This document shows positions 1 to 8,870 of a stretch of DNA of 64,000 nt, piece by piece; position 1 is the stretch's first letter; each line of letters opens with the position of its first letter. The translations under genes and the position numbers were made by a program. Location of the stretch: the NCBI GenBank assembly GCA_963664815.2, contig CAXXHB010000003.1, forward strand, positions 4,064,001 through 4,128,000, read 5' to 3'. The notes below the pieces were generated by a model that made no database searches, was not told where the DNA came from, and saw only the letters and a list, made by a program, of their open reading frames with translations. Origin of the DNA: Spirochaetota bacterium. GTDB lineage: Bacteria > Spirochaetota > UBA4802 > UBA5550.

Positions 1-1380
1 ATTGCCGAGTCTTATATAAAAAGAATTAAAGATATTGATAATGTAATAAACTCCTATATTACTTTTGATGAAGAAAGATTAATAAAAGAAGCAGAAATTT
101 CAGATGCCAGAAGGTCTGCCGATAAAACCCTTTCTCCTTTTGACGGAATTCCTGTTGCAATAAAGGATAATATTAATACCAAATATATAAGAACAACCTG
201 CGGTTCCAGAATACTGGAAAAATTTATCCCCCCTTTCAATGCCACAGCATACGAAAGACTCCTTGAAAAAGGAATCATTGCACTTGGGAAAACAAATCTT
301 GATGAATTTGCTATGGGCTCTTCAACTGAAAACTCATTTTTCGGACCAACCAAAAATCCATACGACACATCAAGAGTTCCGGGAGGGAGTTCAGGTGGAT
401 CAGCTGCATCAGTAGCAGCATTCATGGCGCCAGCATCACTTGGATCGGATACAGGTGGTTCAATACGTCAACCAGCATCTTTTTGCGGAATAACAGGAAT
501 CAAGCCAACATACGGGAGAGTCTCCAGATATGGTCTTGTCGCATTTGCTTCATCGCTTGATCAGATAGGTACATTCGGACGAAATGTTTCAGACGCCGCA
601 ACACTCCTCCAGATTATCAGCGGATACGATAACATGGATTCAACATCAATAAACAAGGATGTTGATATAGATGCCGGTAAGCTAACAAGAAAAGTTGAAG
701 GATTGAGAATTGGCATCCCTGCAGAGTATCTTCTTGGTATAGACAGCGAGATAAATGATTGCATTGAGCAGAAAATAAATGAGCTTGAAAAACTCGGCGC
801 TGAGATTAAAAAAATAAATCTGAGATTTACTGAATATGCAATACCTGTATATTATCTCATTGCAACTGCCGAAGCTTCATCAAACCTTGCGAGGTATGAT
901 GGAGTAAAATACGGATACAGATCAAATAACATTAATGATCTCTCATCATTATACGTTAAATCAAGAAGTGAAGGCTTTGGCAAAGAGGTTAAGCGAAGAA
1001 TAATTCTTGGCACTTTTTCATTAAGTTCAGGATATTACGACGCTTATTATCTGAAAGCACTTAAAGGGAGAAAACTGATCATCAATGATTTTAAAAATGC
1101 TTTCTCGCAGGTTGATGCGATAATTGCACCAATTACTACAACAACAGCATTTAAAATCGGCGAGATGATAAACGATCCTCTCAAGATGTATATGTCGGAC
1201 ATTTTATCCGTGTCAGCAAACCTTGCCGGTATTCCTGCTCTCTCAATACCGGTTGGACTTGACAGCAACGGACTCCCTATAGGAATTCAGATTATGGGAA
1301 ATCATTTTCATGAGCAGAGAATTTTAAATATAGCAGCCGCATTAGAAGATACATGTGATGAAATTTCACCGTCAATTTAG
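1..1380 (+). CDS. gatA: Asp-tRNA(Asn)/Glu-tRNA(Gln) amidotransferase subunit A (5'-truncated by window)
   Basis: Frame is open from base 1 (IAESYIKRI...GIPVAIKDNI...GKTNLDEFAMGSSTENS); amidase signature GGSSGGSAA...LGSDTGGSIRQPA; ASSNLARYDGVKYG. Confidence 0.97.
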   Translation: MAESYIKRIKDIDNVINSYITFDEERLIKEAEISDARRSADKTLSPFDGIPVAIKDNINTKYIRTTCGSRILEKFIPPFNATAYERLLEKGIIALGKTNLDEFAMGSSTENSFFGPTKNPYDTSRVPGGSSGGSAASVAAFMAPASLGSDTGGSIRQPASFCGITGIKPTYGRVSRYGLVAFASSLDQIGTFGRNVSDAATLLQIISGYDNMDSTSINKDVDIDAGKLTRKVEGLRIGIPAEYLLGIDSEINDCIEQKINELEKLGAEIKKINLRFTEYAIPVYYLIATAEASSNLARYDGVKYGYRSNNINDLSSLYVKSRSEGFGKEVKRRIILGTFSLSSGYYDAYYLKALKGRKLIINDFKNAFSQVDAIIAPITTTTAFKIGEMINDPLKMYMSDILSVSANLAGIPALSIPVGLDSNGLPIGIQIMGNHFHEQRILNIAAALEDTCDEISPSI

Positions 1381-1879
1381 TTTAATACTGCTTATTTTAT
1401 TGCCATTTCCATCTTGCAGTTCTTATAATGAAATGGTAATCAGTAACAGAATTCATTTACCTGGTGAAATTTCAGAGTTTAATTTTAGTGATAAAAGTAA
1501 AATACAGGAATATAAATCCAGAACCGGAAAAGATAAAAGTTTACTGATAGAATCAAGAAAATATCTGGCAAAATGTAAAAGTTTAAATCCTGAATCTGAG
1601 ATTGTGGATGCCGGAATCAGGGAAGTGCTGAAGGGAAATTATAATGAGGCGGAAATTCTTTTTAAAGAAGTTCAGGATAGTATTCCCGACGGATCAGTTG
1701 AGAATAACCTTGCAGTTATATTTGAGTTAACCAGAAGAAAAAAAGAAGCGATGATAATGTACTCAAAGGCTTTGTTCAAATCTCCCAATAATTCCGGTTT
1801 CAAATATAACTTAATATCATTTATCAATCTTAATTATTACAGTTTGGAAAACCAGTTTAATTTAAATACGGTAAAATAA
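1358..1879 (+). CDS. Putative lipoprotein with TPR-like motif
   Basis: Hydrophobic N-terminus ending LPFPSC; TPR-like segment GNYNEAEILF...NNLAVIFE...EAMIMYSKAL; overlaps the gatA end and abuts moaA. Confidence 0.6.
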   Translation: MKFHRQFSLILLILLPFPSCSSYNEMVISNRIHLPGEISEFNFSDKSKIQEYKSRTGKDKSLLIESRKYLAKCKSLNPESEIVDAGIREVLKGNYNEAEILFKEVQDSIPDGSVENNLAVIFELTRRKKEAMIMYSKALFKSPNNSGFKYNLISFINLNYYSLENQFNLNTVK

Positions 1880-2878
1880 ATGCTTACAGACAATTTTTTA
1901 AGAAAACATAATTACCTCCGGATTTCGGTTACTGATAAATGCAATCTAAGATGCAGGTATTGCATGCCTCCTCAAGGTGTCAAATTCATGTCACATGATG
2001 AAATTTTAAGAAATGAAGAATTCATAAAGATTATAGATATATTCGTCACAATGGGTATAAATAAAATAAGATTTACGGGAGGAGAACCTCTGATAAGAAG
2101 AGGATTTTTTGATATTATCTCGGAAACTGTGAAAGTTCACCCCGAAACAGATCTCTGTGTTACGACAAATGGCACCTTACTGGGTGATCATATTTCTGAC
2201 CTGAAAAGATACAATGTAAGAAAGCTTAATATAAGTCTTGATACAATGTCTCGTGAGAAATTCAGGGCATTAACAGGGATGGACTCTTTCAATACTGTTA
2301 TAAACAATATAGAAAAATCGCTAAATGAGAAATTTTTTAATGTTAAAGTAAACGGAGTTTTGCTTAAAAGTACTCTTGGAGAAATTGATGATTTCCTCAA
2401 CTATTTTGCTGATAAAAATGTTACGCTGAGATTTATTGAACGAATGCCCATAATTGAGCAGGATGTGTTTAACGAGTTTATTCCTTCAGATGAACTTATA
2501 CGTATACTCAAAGACAAGGGAGAGCTAACTCGAAAAAATGGTGATGATACTGATGTCTCTCTGAGATACGATCTTAAATATAAAAATAAGATTATAAGAA
2601 TAGGAATAATCCCCCCAGTTACTCACAGATTCTGCGCAACATGCAATAGAATCCGAATAACCGCCGACGGTAATCTTAAAACATGCCTTTACTCCGATAA
2701 ACTCTACAACCTTAAAGACCTTATCAGAAGTAAAACAACCGAAAGTGAAATTATGCAATATATTGTTTCAACAATAAAGGAAAAAGGGGAAGGGCACACC
2801 ATCAAATGTACAGCAGACAACTCAGGGTGCAGGTCTATTACTGCGATATTCAAGTCTATGTCAAGCATCGGCGGATAA
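1880..2878 (+). CDS. moaA: GTP 3',8-cyclase (molybdenum cofactor biosynthesis, radical SAM)
   Basis: YLRISVTDKCNLRCRYC, RFTGGEPL, C-terminal FCATCNRIR..C cluster and terminal IGG. Confidence 0.95.
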   Translation: MLTDNFLRKHNYLRISVTDKCNLRCRYCMPPQGVKFMSHDEILRNEEFIKIIDIFVTMGINKIRFTGGEPLIRRGFFDIISETVKVHPETDLCVTTNGTLLGDHISDLKRYNVRKLNISLDTMSREKFRALTGMDSFNTVINNIEKSLNEKFFNVKVNGVLLKSTLGEIDDFLNYFADKNVTLRFIERMPIIEQDVFNEFIPSDELIRILKDKGELTRKNGDDTDVSLRYDLKYKNKIIRIGIIPPVTHRFCATCNRIRITADGNLKTCLYSDKLYNLKDLIRSKTTESEIMQYIVSTIKEKGEGHTIKCTADNSGCRSITAIFKSMSSIGG

Positions 2879-2879
2879 A

Positions 2880-3701
2880 TTATTTAAATGCTGCAAGCTT
2901 TCCCGTTCTGTCTATCCCAAGGCTTTTAAGAAAATGTACATTCTCAGCACGAATTCTGTTTCCAAAACTTTCCGGTTTAATCAGATTAATTTTATTTAAA
3001 ATATCGCTTCTCACCTTCATAAACTGTGTTGTATAAAAAAAATAACCTTTAAGAGTTCTGTCATAAATAAATATTTTATGAATACTGTAATCTCCTGAGT
3101 TGAATATTTTCATACCAAATTTTGTTGAATTACCAATTGAAGTATTATTTACAATAAAATTATCCCCATTGTTAATAAACTCACTCCTGAAGTAAAGAGA
3201 GCCAAGTCTATTATCCTTAACAGCAAAATGTGAAATTATTTTCTCAGGAATATCTCTATCTTTGGTATTTATTACTACATTATCTTCCGGAGATTTTATT
3301 TTATACCCATCAAGAATCAATGTCGAGATTGTCCCTTGAGTTTGAGAATAGTAACTCATCCCTTTTAGCGCGGAAAAACCTGTTAATGTTCTGTATATTT
3401 TAAGTCTATTTGCTTTGCTCACTTCCATGTAAAAAAAACCTTTTTCAACAGCTACTATATCATAGTCAGAAGATGTCTCGGTAAAATAATAATTTTTAAC
3501 AGGCAAAATATTCTCTACACCGGGAGTATAGACCTCACCTTTTCCATTCAATATAACTGATGTCAGGAACTCTCCGCTTAGAACAATCTTCATCTCTGCT
3601 GATGTAAAAAATAGTTTTGACGATATTTCAGAAGCAGGATAAAGTAATGAAGATATAAATATAAAAATTATTGTATTTAAAAAATTTTTTATACTTAACA
3701 T
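2880..3701 (-). CDS. Exported protein resembling spirochaete DUF6675 family
   Basis: Signal-like N-terminus; LKGMSYYS...TLILDGY, DNRLG and SFGNRIRA motifs recalled from spirochaete DUF6675 proteins (not searched). Confidence 0.55.
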   Translation of the reverse strand: MLSIKNFLNTIIFIFISSLLYPASEISSKLFFTSAEMKIVLSGEFLTSVILNGKGEVYTPGVENILPVKNYYFTETSSDYDIVAVEKGFFYMEVSKANRLKIYRTLTGFSALKGMSYYSQTQGTISTLILDGYKIKSPEDNVVINTKDRDIPEKIISHFAVKDNRLGSLYFRSEFINNGDNFIVNNTSIGNSTKFGMKIFNSGDYSIHKIFIYDRTLKGYFFYTTQFMKVRSDILNKINLIKPESFGNRIRAENVHFLKSLGIDRTGKLAAFK

Positions 3702-3719
3702 GGCTTCATGGATATTATT

Positions 3720-4418
3720 TTATATTCCGCGGATGAAGCAGAAATCGGTAAATTTTTCCGTTTCATTTTTCAACAAATTCAGATATTCAGATGTGTAAGG
3801 TTTGAGCTGTTTTAGCCTGTCGTCAAGAAGAGTATTTATGTTTACAAACTGTTGTAAGTAATATTTTTTCACTCTCCCTGTTGATTCGCCTATTTTTATT
3901 ATATCATTAACAGTTACAAATCCCGGGACACAGGTTGTTCTTATTTCATAATCAATTAATGATTTTTTAAGTATATCCAGTGTTGTAACAATTTCGTTAA
4001 AAGAAAAATCCCTTCCTGTCAATAAAGGATATTTCTCCGGAGAAGTCTTTACATCAACAGCAACATAGTCCACTAACCCTTTTTCAATACATTCCGAAAT
4101 AACATGAGGAAGAAAACCGTTTGTATCAAGTTTGACATGAAGTCCCATAGAGTTAACTCTTTCCAAAAATGGAATTAGCCCACTGTCTATTGCCGGTTCT
4201 CCTCCTGTAACAGTTATTCCATCTATTAACCCTTTTCTTTTTTCTATAAAAGAAAAAATTTCCTCATCTTCAAATTTTTCCAGATCAGAGCTATTCATCG
4301 CAAGTTCAGGATTGTGGCAATAACCACACCTTAAATTGCAACCCCCGGTAAATATAACCGAACATATCTTCCCGGGGTAGTCTATCAGGGAAGTTTTAAA
4401 CAGCCCTCTTATATTCAT
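3720..4418 (-). CDS. nrdG: Anaerobic ribonucleoside-triphosphate reductase activating protein (radical SAM)
   Basis: SLIDYPGK..FTGGCNLRCGYCHNP, TGGEP, KLDTNG; lies in the nrdD operon. Confidence 0.93.
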   Translation of the reverse strand: MNIRGLFKTSLIDYPGKICSVIFTGGCNLRCGYCHNPELAMNSSDLEKFEDEEIFSFIEKRKGLIDGITVTGGEPAIDSGLIPFLERVNSMGLHVKLDTNGFLPHVISECIEKGLVDYVAVDVKTSPEKYPLLTGRDFSFNEIVTTLDILKKSLIDYEIRTTCVPGFVTVNDIIKIGESTGRVKKYYLQQFVNINTLLDDRLKQLKPYTSEYLNLLKNETEKFTDFCFIRGI

Positions 4419-4575
4419 TTAGTGAGTATACTTTATCTGTCAGATTAGAATCAATAGAATATTCCCTTCTTTCAGAAAATTCCTCCTGTTTTCCTTTATT
4501 CCATTGGTTAACCGGCCTGAAATAACCGACGACTCTTGAATATACCTCTGTACAAACCACAATTTCTTTTTTCAT
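4396..4575 (-). CDS. Stand-alone glycyl-radical domain of class III RNR (59 aa; absent from the ORF track)
   Basis: Manual translation: MKKEIVVCTEVYSRVVGYFRPVNQWNKGKQEEFSERREYSIDSNLTDKVYSLNEYKRAV*. Contains the NrdD RVxGY glycyl-radical motif; SD AGGAG 7 nt before the ATG; overlaps the nrdG start by 23 nt. Confidence 0.9.
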   Translation of the reverse strand: MKKEIVVCTEVYSRVVGYFRPVNQWNKGKQEEFSERREYSIDSNLTDKVYSLNEYKRAV

Positions 4576-4617
4576 CTTATGTCTCCTACAGGATTGAATA
4601 TCATTTAATACTATATA

Positions 4618-6648
4618 TTACTTATCGACCTCTATCCCGTATTTCAATAGCTCTTCCGGAGTATGATCGAAGGGACAGTATTTATGTTCCCCGGAAATAT
4701 ATCCATGTATTGGACAAATACTGAAAGTAGGGGTTAGAGTAAAATAGGGGAGTGCATAATTTTCTGATATTTTTCTTACAAGCGATTTGACCACCTCTAT
4801 ATCATCAATCTTTTCACCAAGAAAAAGATGAACAACCGTACCGCCTGTAAATTTAGTTTGAAGTGAATCCTGATGATCAAGAACTTCAAAGAGATCATCT
4901 GTATATGATACCGGGAGATGAACCGAATTTGTATAATATGGTTCATTTTTACCTGCGGTTTTTATTTCAGGATAGCGGGCTTTATCACTTCTGGCAAATC
5001 TATATGTTACACCTTCAGCTGGAGTTGCCTCAAGATTGTAAAAGTGACCCGTTTCCTCCTGGTACTTCATTATCTTATCTCTCATAAAATCAAGAACTTT
5101 AAGTGCAAAGGTTTTGCCCTCAATTGTTGAGATATCAGCATTGAGAAAATTAACACATGCCTCGTTCATTCCCACAAGTCCTATGGTAGAGAAATGGTTA
5201 CCCCAGTATTTTTTATCCCTGTCCCATACTCCTGAAAGATAATATCTTGTATATGGATAAAGATCACTTGATGTAAAATTTTCAAGAGCCTTCCTTTTAA
5301 TTTCGAGGGAGTTCTTTGCAAGTATCATCAAATTTTCTAGTCGTATAAAAAAGTCCTCTTCATTTTCAGCAAGAAATCCTACTCTTGGCAGATTAATTGT
5401 AACAACCCCGATGCTGCCGGTAAGAGGGTTTGCTCCAAACAGACCACCTCCTCTTTTACGCAACTCCCTGTTGTCAAGACGTAACCTGCAGCACATTGAT
5501 CTCGCATCTTCCGGATCCATGTCGGAATTAACAAAGTTGGCAAAATATGGAATTCCGTATCGTGCAGTCATTTCCCATATCTTATTTAGATTCGGATTAT
5601 CCCACTCAAAATCCTTGGATATGTTATATGTAGGAATCGGAAAAGTGAATATTCTGTTTTTTGCATCGCCTTCCGTCAGACACTCAGCAAAGGCGGAGTT
5701 GAATATATCCATCTCTTTAGTAAATTCACCATAGGTCCTGTCCATCAGCTCTCCGCCAATAATAACATACTCTGCAGCAACAGTTGATGGAGGTATCAGA
5801 TCAAGAGTAACATTTGTAAATGGCGTCTGAAATCCAACCCTCGTTGGTATGTTCATGTTGAAAACAAATTCCTGGAGGGATTGTTTAACTTCATCATATT
5901 CAAGATTATCGTAGTAAATAAAAGGTGCAAGATATGTGTCAAAATTGGCAAAAGCCTGTGCTCCTGCTGACTCTCCCTGCAGTGTGTAAAAAAAGTTTAC
6001 CACCTGGCCGAGTGCACTTCTGAAATGCTTTGCCGGTTTACTTTCTACTTTTCCCGGAACTCCTGAAAAACCTTTTATAAGCAGATCCTTCAAATCCCAT
6101 CCAACACAATAAGCTGACAGAAGTCCGAGATCATGAAGATGAAAATCACCATTGATATGTGGTTCTCTGACTTCCGGTGGATATATTCTTTCAAGCCAGT
6201 ATTTTGCTGTAAGCGAAGTCGATATATGATTATTGAGCCCCTGGAGAGAATAGCTCATGTTACTATTCTCATTTACCCTCCAATCAGACCTGTCGAGATA
6301 ATTGTCAATAAGTTCAAGTCCTTCGTTTAGAAGATCTTTCCCGTCCCTGATCCTTCTATGCTGTTCTCTGTAAATAATATATGCCTTTGCAACCTTGGCG
6401 TGTCCTCTTTCAATGAGCATTTTCTCAACAAGATCCTGAACATTTTCTACTGTGGGGATTCTGCCGTCTTTATATACTATACTCAATATATCCTGAACAG
6501 AACATGCAACTTTTTCAGCTGTATCACGGCTTGTTCCACCCACAGCTTGTGCCGATTTAAAAATTGCATCTGTTATTTTATCGATATTAAAAGGAACAAT
6601 ACGACCGTCCCTCTTACGGATATATCCAAGATCTGTTTCATCTTTCAT
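4618..6648 (-). CDS. nrdD: Class III (anaerobic) ribonucleoside-triphosphate reductase large subunit lacking the C-terminal glycyl-radical domain
   Basis: N-terminal ATP cone (IRKRDGRIVPF...VENVQDLVE), HLHDL, RSMCCRL finger loop, NLEATPAEG, TGGTVVH, CPIHG..CPFDH; no RVxGY in the ORF. Confidence 0.95.
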   Translation of the reverse strand: MKDETDLGYIRKRDGRIVPFNIDKITDAIFKSAQAVGGTSRDTAEKVACSVQDILSIVYKDGRIPTVENVQDLVEKMLIERGHAKVAKAYIIYREQHRRIRDGKDLLNEGLELIDNYLDRSDWRVNENSNMSYSLQGLNNHISTSLTAKYWLERIYPPEVREPHINGDFHLHDLGLLSAYCVGWDLKDLLIKGFSGVPGKVESKPAKHFRSALGQVVNFFYTLQGESAGAQAFANFDTYLAPFIYYDNLEYDEVKQSLQEFVFNMNIPTRVGFQTPFTNVTLDLIPPSTVAAEYVIIGGELMDRTYGEFTKEMDIFNSAFAECLTEGDAKNRIFTFPIPTYNISKDFEWDNPNLNKIWEMTARYGIPYFANFVNSDMDPEDARSMCCRLRLDNRELRKRGGGLFGANPLTGSIGVVTINLPRVGFLAENEEDFFIRLENLMILAKNSLEIKRKALENFTSSDLYPYTRYYLSGVWDRDKKYWGNHFSTIGLVGMNEACVNFLNADISTIEGKTFALKVLDFMRDKIMKYQEETGHFYNLEATPAEGVTYRFARSDKARYPEIKTAGKNEPYYTNSVHLPVSYTDDLFEVLDHQDSLQTKFTGGTVVHLFLGEKIDDIEVVKSLVRKISENYALPYFTLTPTFSICPIHGYISGEHKYCPFDHTPEELLKYGIEVDK

Positions 6649-6925
6649 CAAAGTTGAACCTCGTAGTTACAAATAAAAAAAATAAAGAATACCATATTCA
6701 GCAATTTTCTACTGCAGAAAACAGGGAAATAAAGTTGTTTATATTTATTTACGTAGGTAATGCACGATTGAGCTCTCAATCCATTAATTAGATTTTGCAA
6801 AATTCTGCATTTAAGTCAATCAAAAATATTATGTCTCAAAAAAAATATTATAAAAAAATGTTAGGATGCCGATAGAAAAATTAGAGAAGTGTATCCCTTA
6901 ATATTATACTATTTTGGAGCTAAGC

Positions 6926-7447
6926 ATGAAAAGACATTCAATCCTGATAATATTCGTTTTAACAATTGCAACAGTATTTATAAGCAGCTCAGGAGCTATG
7001 TACAGTTCTTCAATAATTGAGAAAATAAAACCGATCTCAGATGAGATTCCCACAGGATATATGTTTGGCCAGGTTCCTGAATTTGCGCGTAGTTTACTGA
7101 AAAGCAATCCATGGACCCTTGATCAAACAGCAATTAAAAAGCTTACAAACAGAATATATCCCGGGGGTGAATATACAAAAGTATCAGATCTCCACATGAC
7201 CATAATTACCAACAAAAAGAATCCTTATGGTGATGATATTGTATGTTACATATTTATTTTCAGAAATGAAAAATCAGCCCAGGAAGAATTGGTTAAACTG
7301 AATGAACATGTCAATTACAACAGTGACAGAGCAATTATTATTGAGAAAAAAAATCTTGCTGTTTACCTCCATGTTGACAGTGTAAAGGATTTCGAGTACA
7401 TAAAAGCAATGTCCGAATCTATGAAAAAGAGACTTGAAACACTATAG
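6926..7447 (+). CDS. Hypothetical exported protein
   Basis: GGAG SD before ATG 6926; MKRH followed by a hydrophobic signal peptide; 173 aa. Confidence 0.65.
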   Translation: MKRHSILIIFVLTIATVFISSSGAMYSSSIIEKIKPISDEIPTGYMFGQVPEFARSLLKSNPWTLDQTAIKKLTNRIYPGGEYTKVSDLHMTIITNKKNPYGDDIVCYIFIFRNEKSAQEELVKLNEHVNYNSDRAIIIEKKNLAVYLHVDSVKDFEYIKAMSESMKKRLETL

Positions 7448-7451
7448 AAAA

Positions 7452-8870
7452 TCAGCTTAAATAACGTATTATACCTTTCGCGGCCTCTCTTCCATGATGT
7501 ATAGCCCAGACTACCAATGATGCGCCGCGTACAGAATCACCTGCGGAGAAAACCCCATCAACTGAAGACATAAAATTTCCGTCTATCTCTATATTGCCAT
7601 TTTTATCAAGTTTCAGACCAAAGTCTTTTACAAGCCCTTCATGTGCTACATGTAAAAAGCCCATAGATAAAAACACTAGATCTGTCTGAAGTTCGAATTC
7701 AGTTCCAGGTATTTCTTTCATCACTTCATTTCCATTATCATCCTTCTCCCGTGTAACTCTTACTGTTGAAATTTTTTTTACATCACCCCTCTCGCCGGAA
7801 AATCTAATTGTCTTTACCCCCCATAACCTCTCACATCCCTCCTCGTGAGAACTTGACGTTTTCTTTACTTTAGGCCATAGCGGCCATGGATCTCCGGATG
7901 TTCTATGATCTGGTGGTTCAGGAAGAATTTCTATCTGAGTTACACTGCTGGCTCCCTGCCTGATTGCATTCCCCACGCAATCAGAGCCGGTATCACCTCC
8001 TCCTATAACCACTACCTTTTTATTAATTGCTTTAATCACTTCATCTTCAGAGATTTGGTCTCCCCTTACACGCCTGTTCTGCTGTTCAAGGTATTCCATG
8101 GCAAAATGGATTCCGCCAAGAGTTCTGCCCCCTATCTCCATATCTCTGGGAGTTCTTGCACCTATAGCAATCATTACGGCATCAAATGATTTTAAGAGTT
8201 CTTTTACACTTATATCTCTTCCCGCCTTAACCCCGGTTTTAAATTGTATCCCTTCTTTCATTAATATATCTACTCTGCGATCTATTATCTTTTTGTCGAG
8301 CTTAAAGTCCGGAATTCCAAACCTCAAATATCCGCCAATGCTGTCCTCAGATTCAAGTACGGTTACCAGAAGTCCTTCCCTGTTCAGCATATCTGCACAA
8401 GCTAGACCTGCAGGGCCACTCCCCACTACCACAACTTTTTTCCCATTCCTTACAATAGGTGGTTCAGGTTTAACATATCCAAGCTCGAAAGCTTTCTCAA
8501 TCACTGCGAGTTCATTCTGCCTTATTGTTACAGGTTCATCGTTTATCGAAAGGACACATGATGCTTCACACGGTGCGGGACAGACTCTGCCTGTAAACTC
8601 AGGAAAATTATTTGTTTCCCTCAGAATTTCATAAGCACCTTTCCAGTCTTTTCTGAAAATCATATCCTGCCACTCAGGCATGATGTTCCCCACCGGACAT
8701 CCCCAGTGACAGAAAGGCACTCCACAATCCATACACCTGGACGCCTGCAGTTCTCTTTCACTTTCAGGGAGCAGGATTTCAACTTCTTTATAATCATTTA
8801 CTCTTACTTCAACAGGTCTGTAGCCCGATTCCTTACGTCTTATATTTAGAAAACCTTTTGGATCTCCCAT
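7452..8870 (-). CDS. gltD: Glutamate synthase small subunit
   Basis: MGDPKGF, RCMDCGVPFC, FPEFTGRVCPAPCE, GSGPAGL, IGGGDTGSDC, SLVVWAI; translationally coupled to gltB. Confidence 0.96.
   Translation of the reverse strand: MGDPKGFLNIRRKESGYRPVEVRVNDYKEVEILLPESERELQASRCMDCGVPFCHWGCPVGNIMPEWQDMIFRKDWKGAYEILRETNNFPEFTGRVCPAPCEASCVLSINDEPVTIRQNELAVIEKAFELGYVKPEPPIVRNGKKVVVVGSGPAGLACADMLNREGLLVTVLESEDSIGGYLRFGIPDFKLDKKIIDRRVDILMKEGIQFKTGVKAGRDISVKELLKSFDAVMIAIGARTPRDMEIGGRTLGGIHFAMEYLEQQNRRVRGDQISEDEVIKAINKKVVVIGGGDTGSDCVGNAIRQGASSVTQIEILPEPPDHRTSGDPWPLWPKVKKTSSSHEEGCERLWGVKTIRFSGERGDVKKISTVRVTREKDDNGNEVMKEIPGTEFELQTDLVFLSMGFLHVAHEGLVKDFGLKLDKNGNIEIDGNFMSSVDGVFSAGDSVRGASLVVWAIHHGREAAKGIIRYLS

Noticed and set aside
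6652-6900. NrdR boxes upstream of nrdD
   Set aside because: Only weak AT-rich resemblance; no convincing tandem 16-bp boxes
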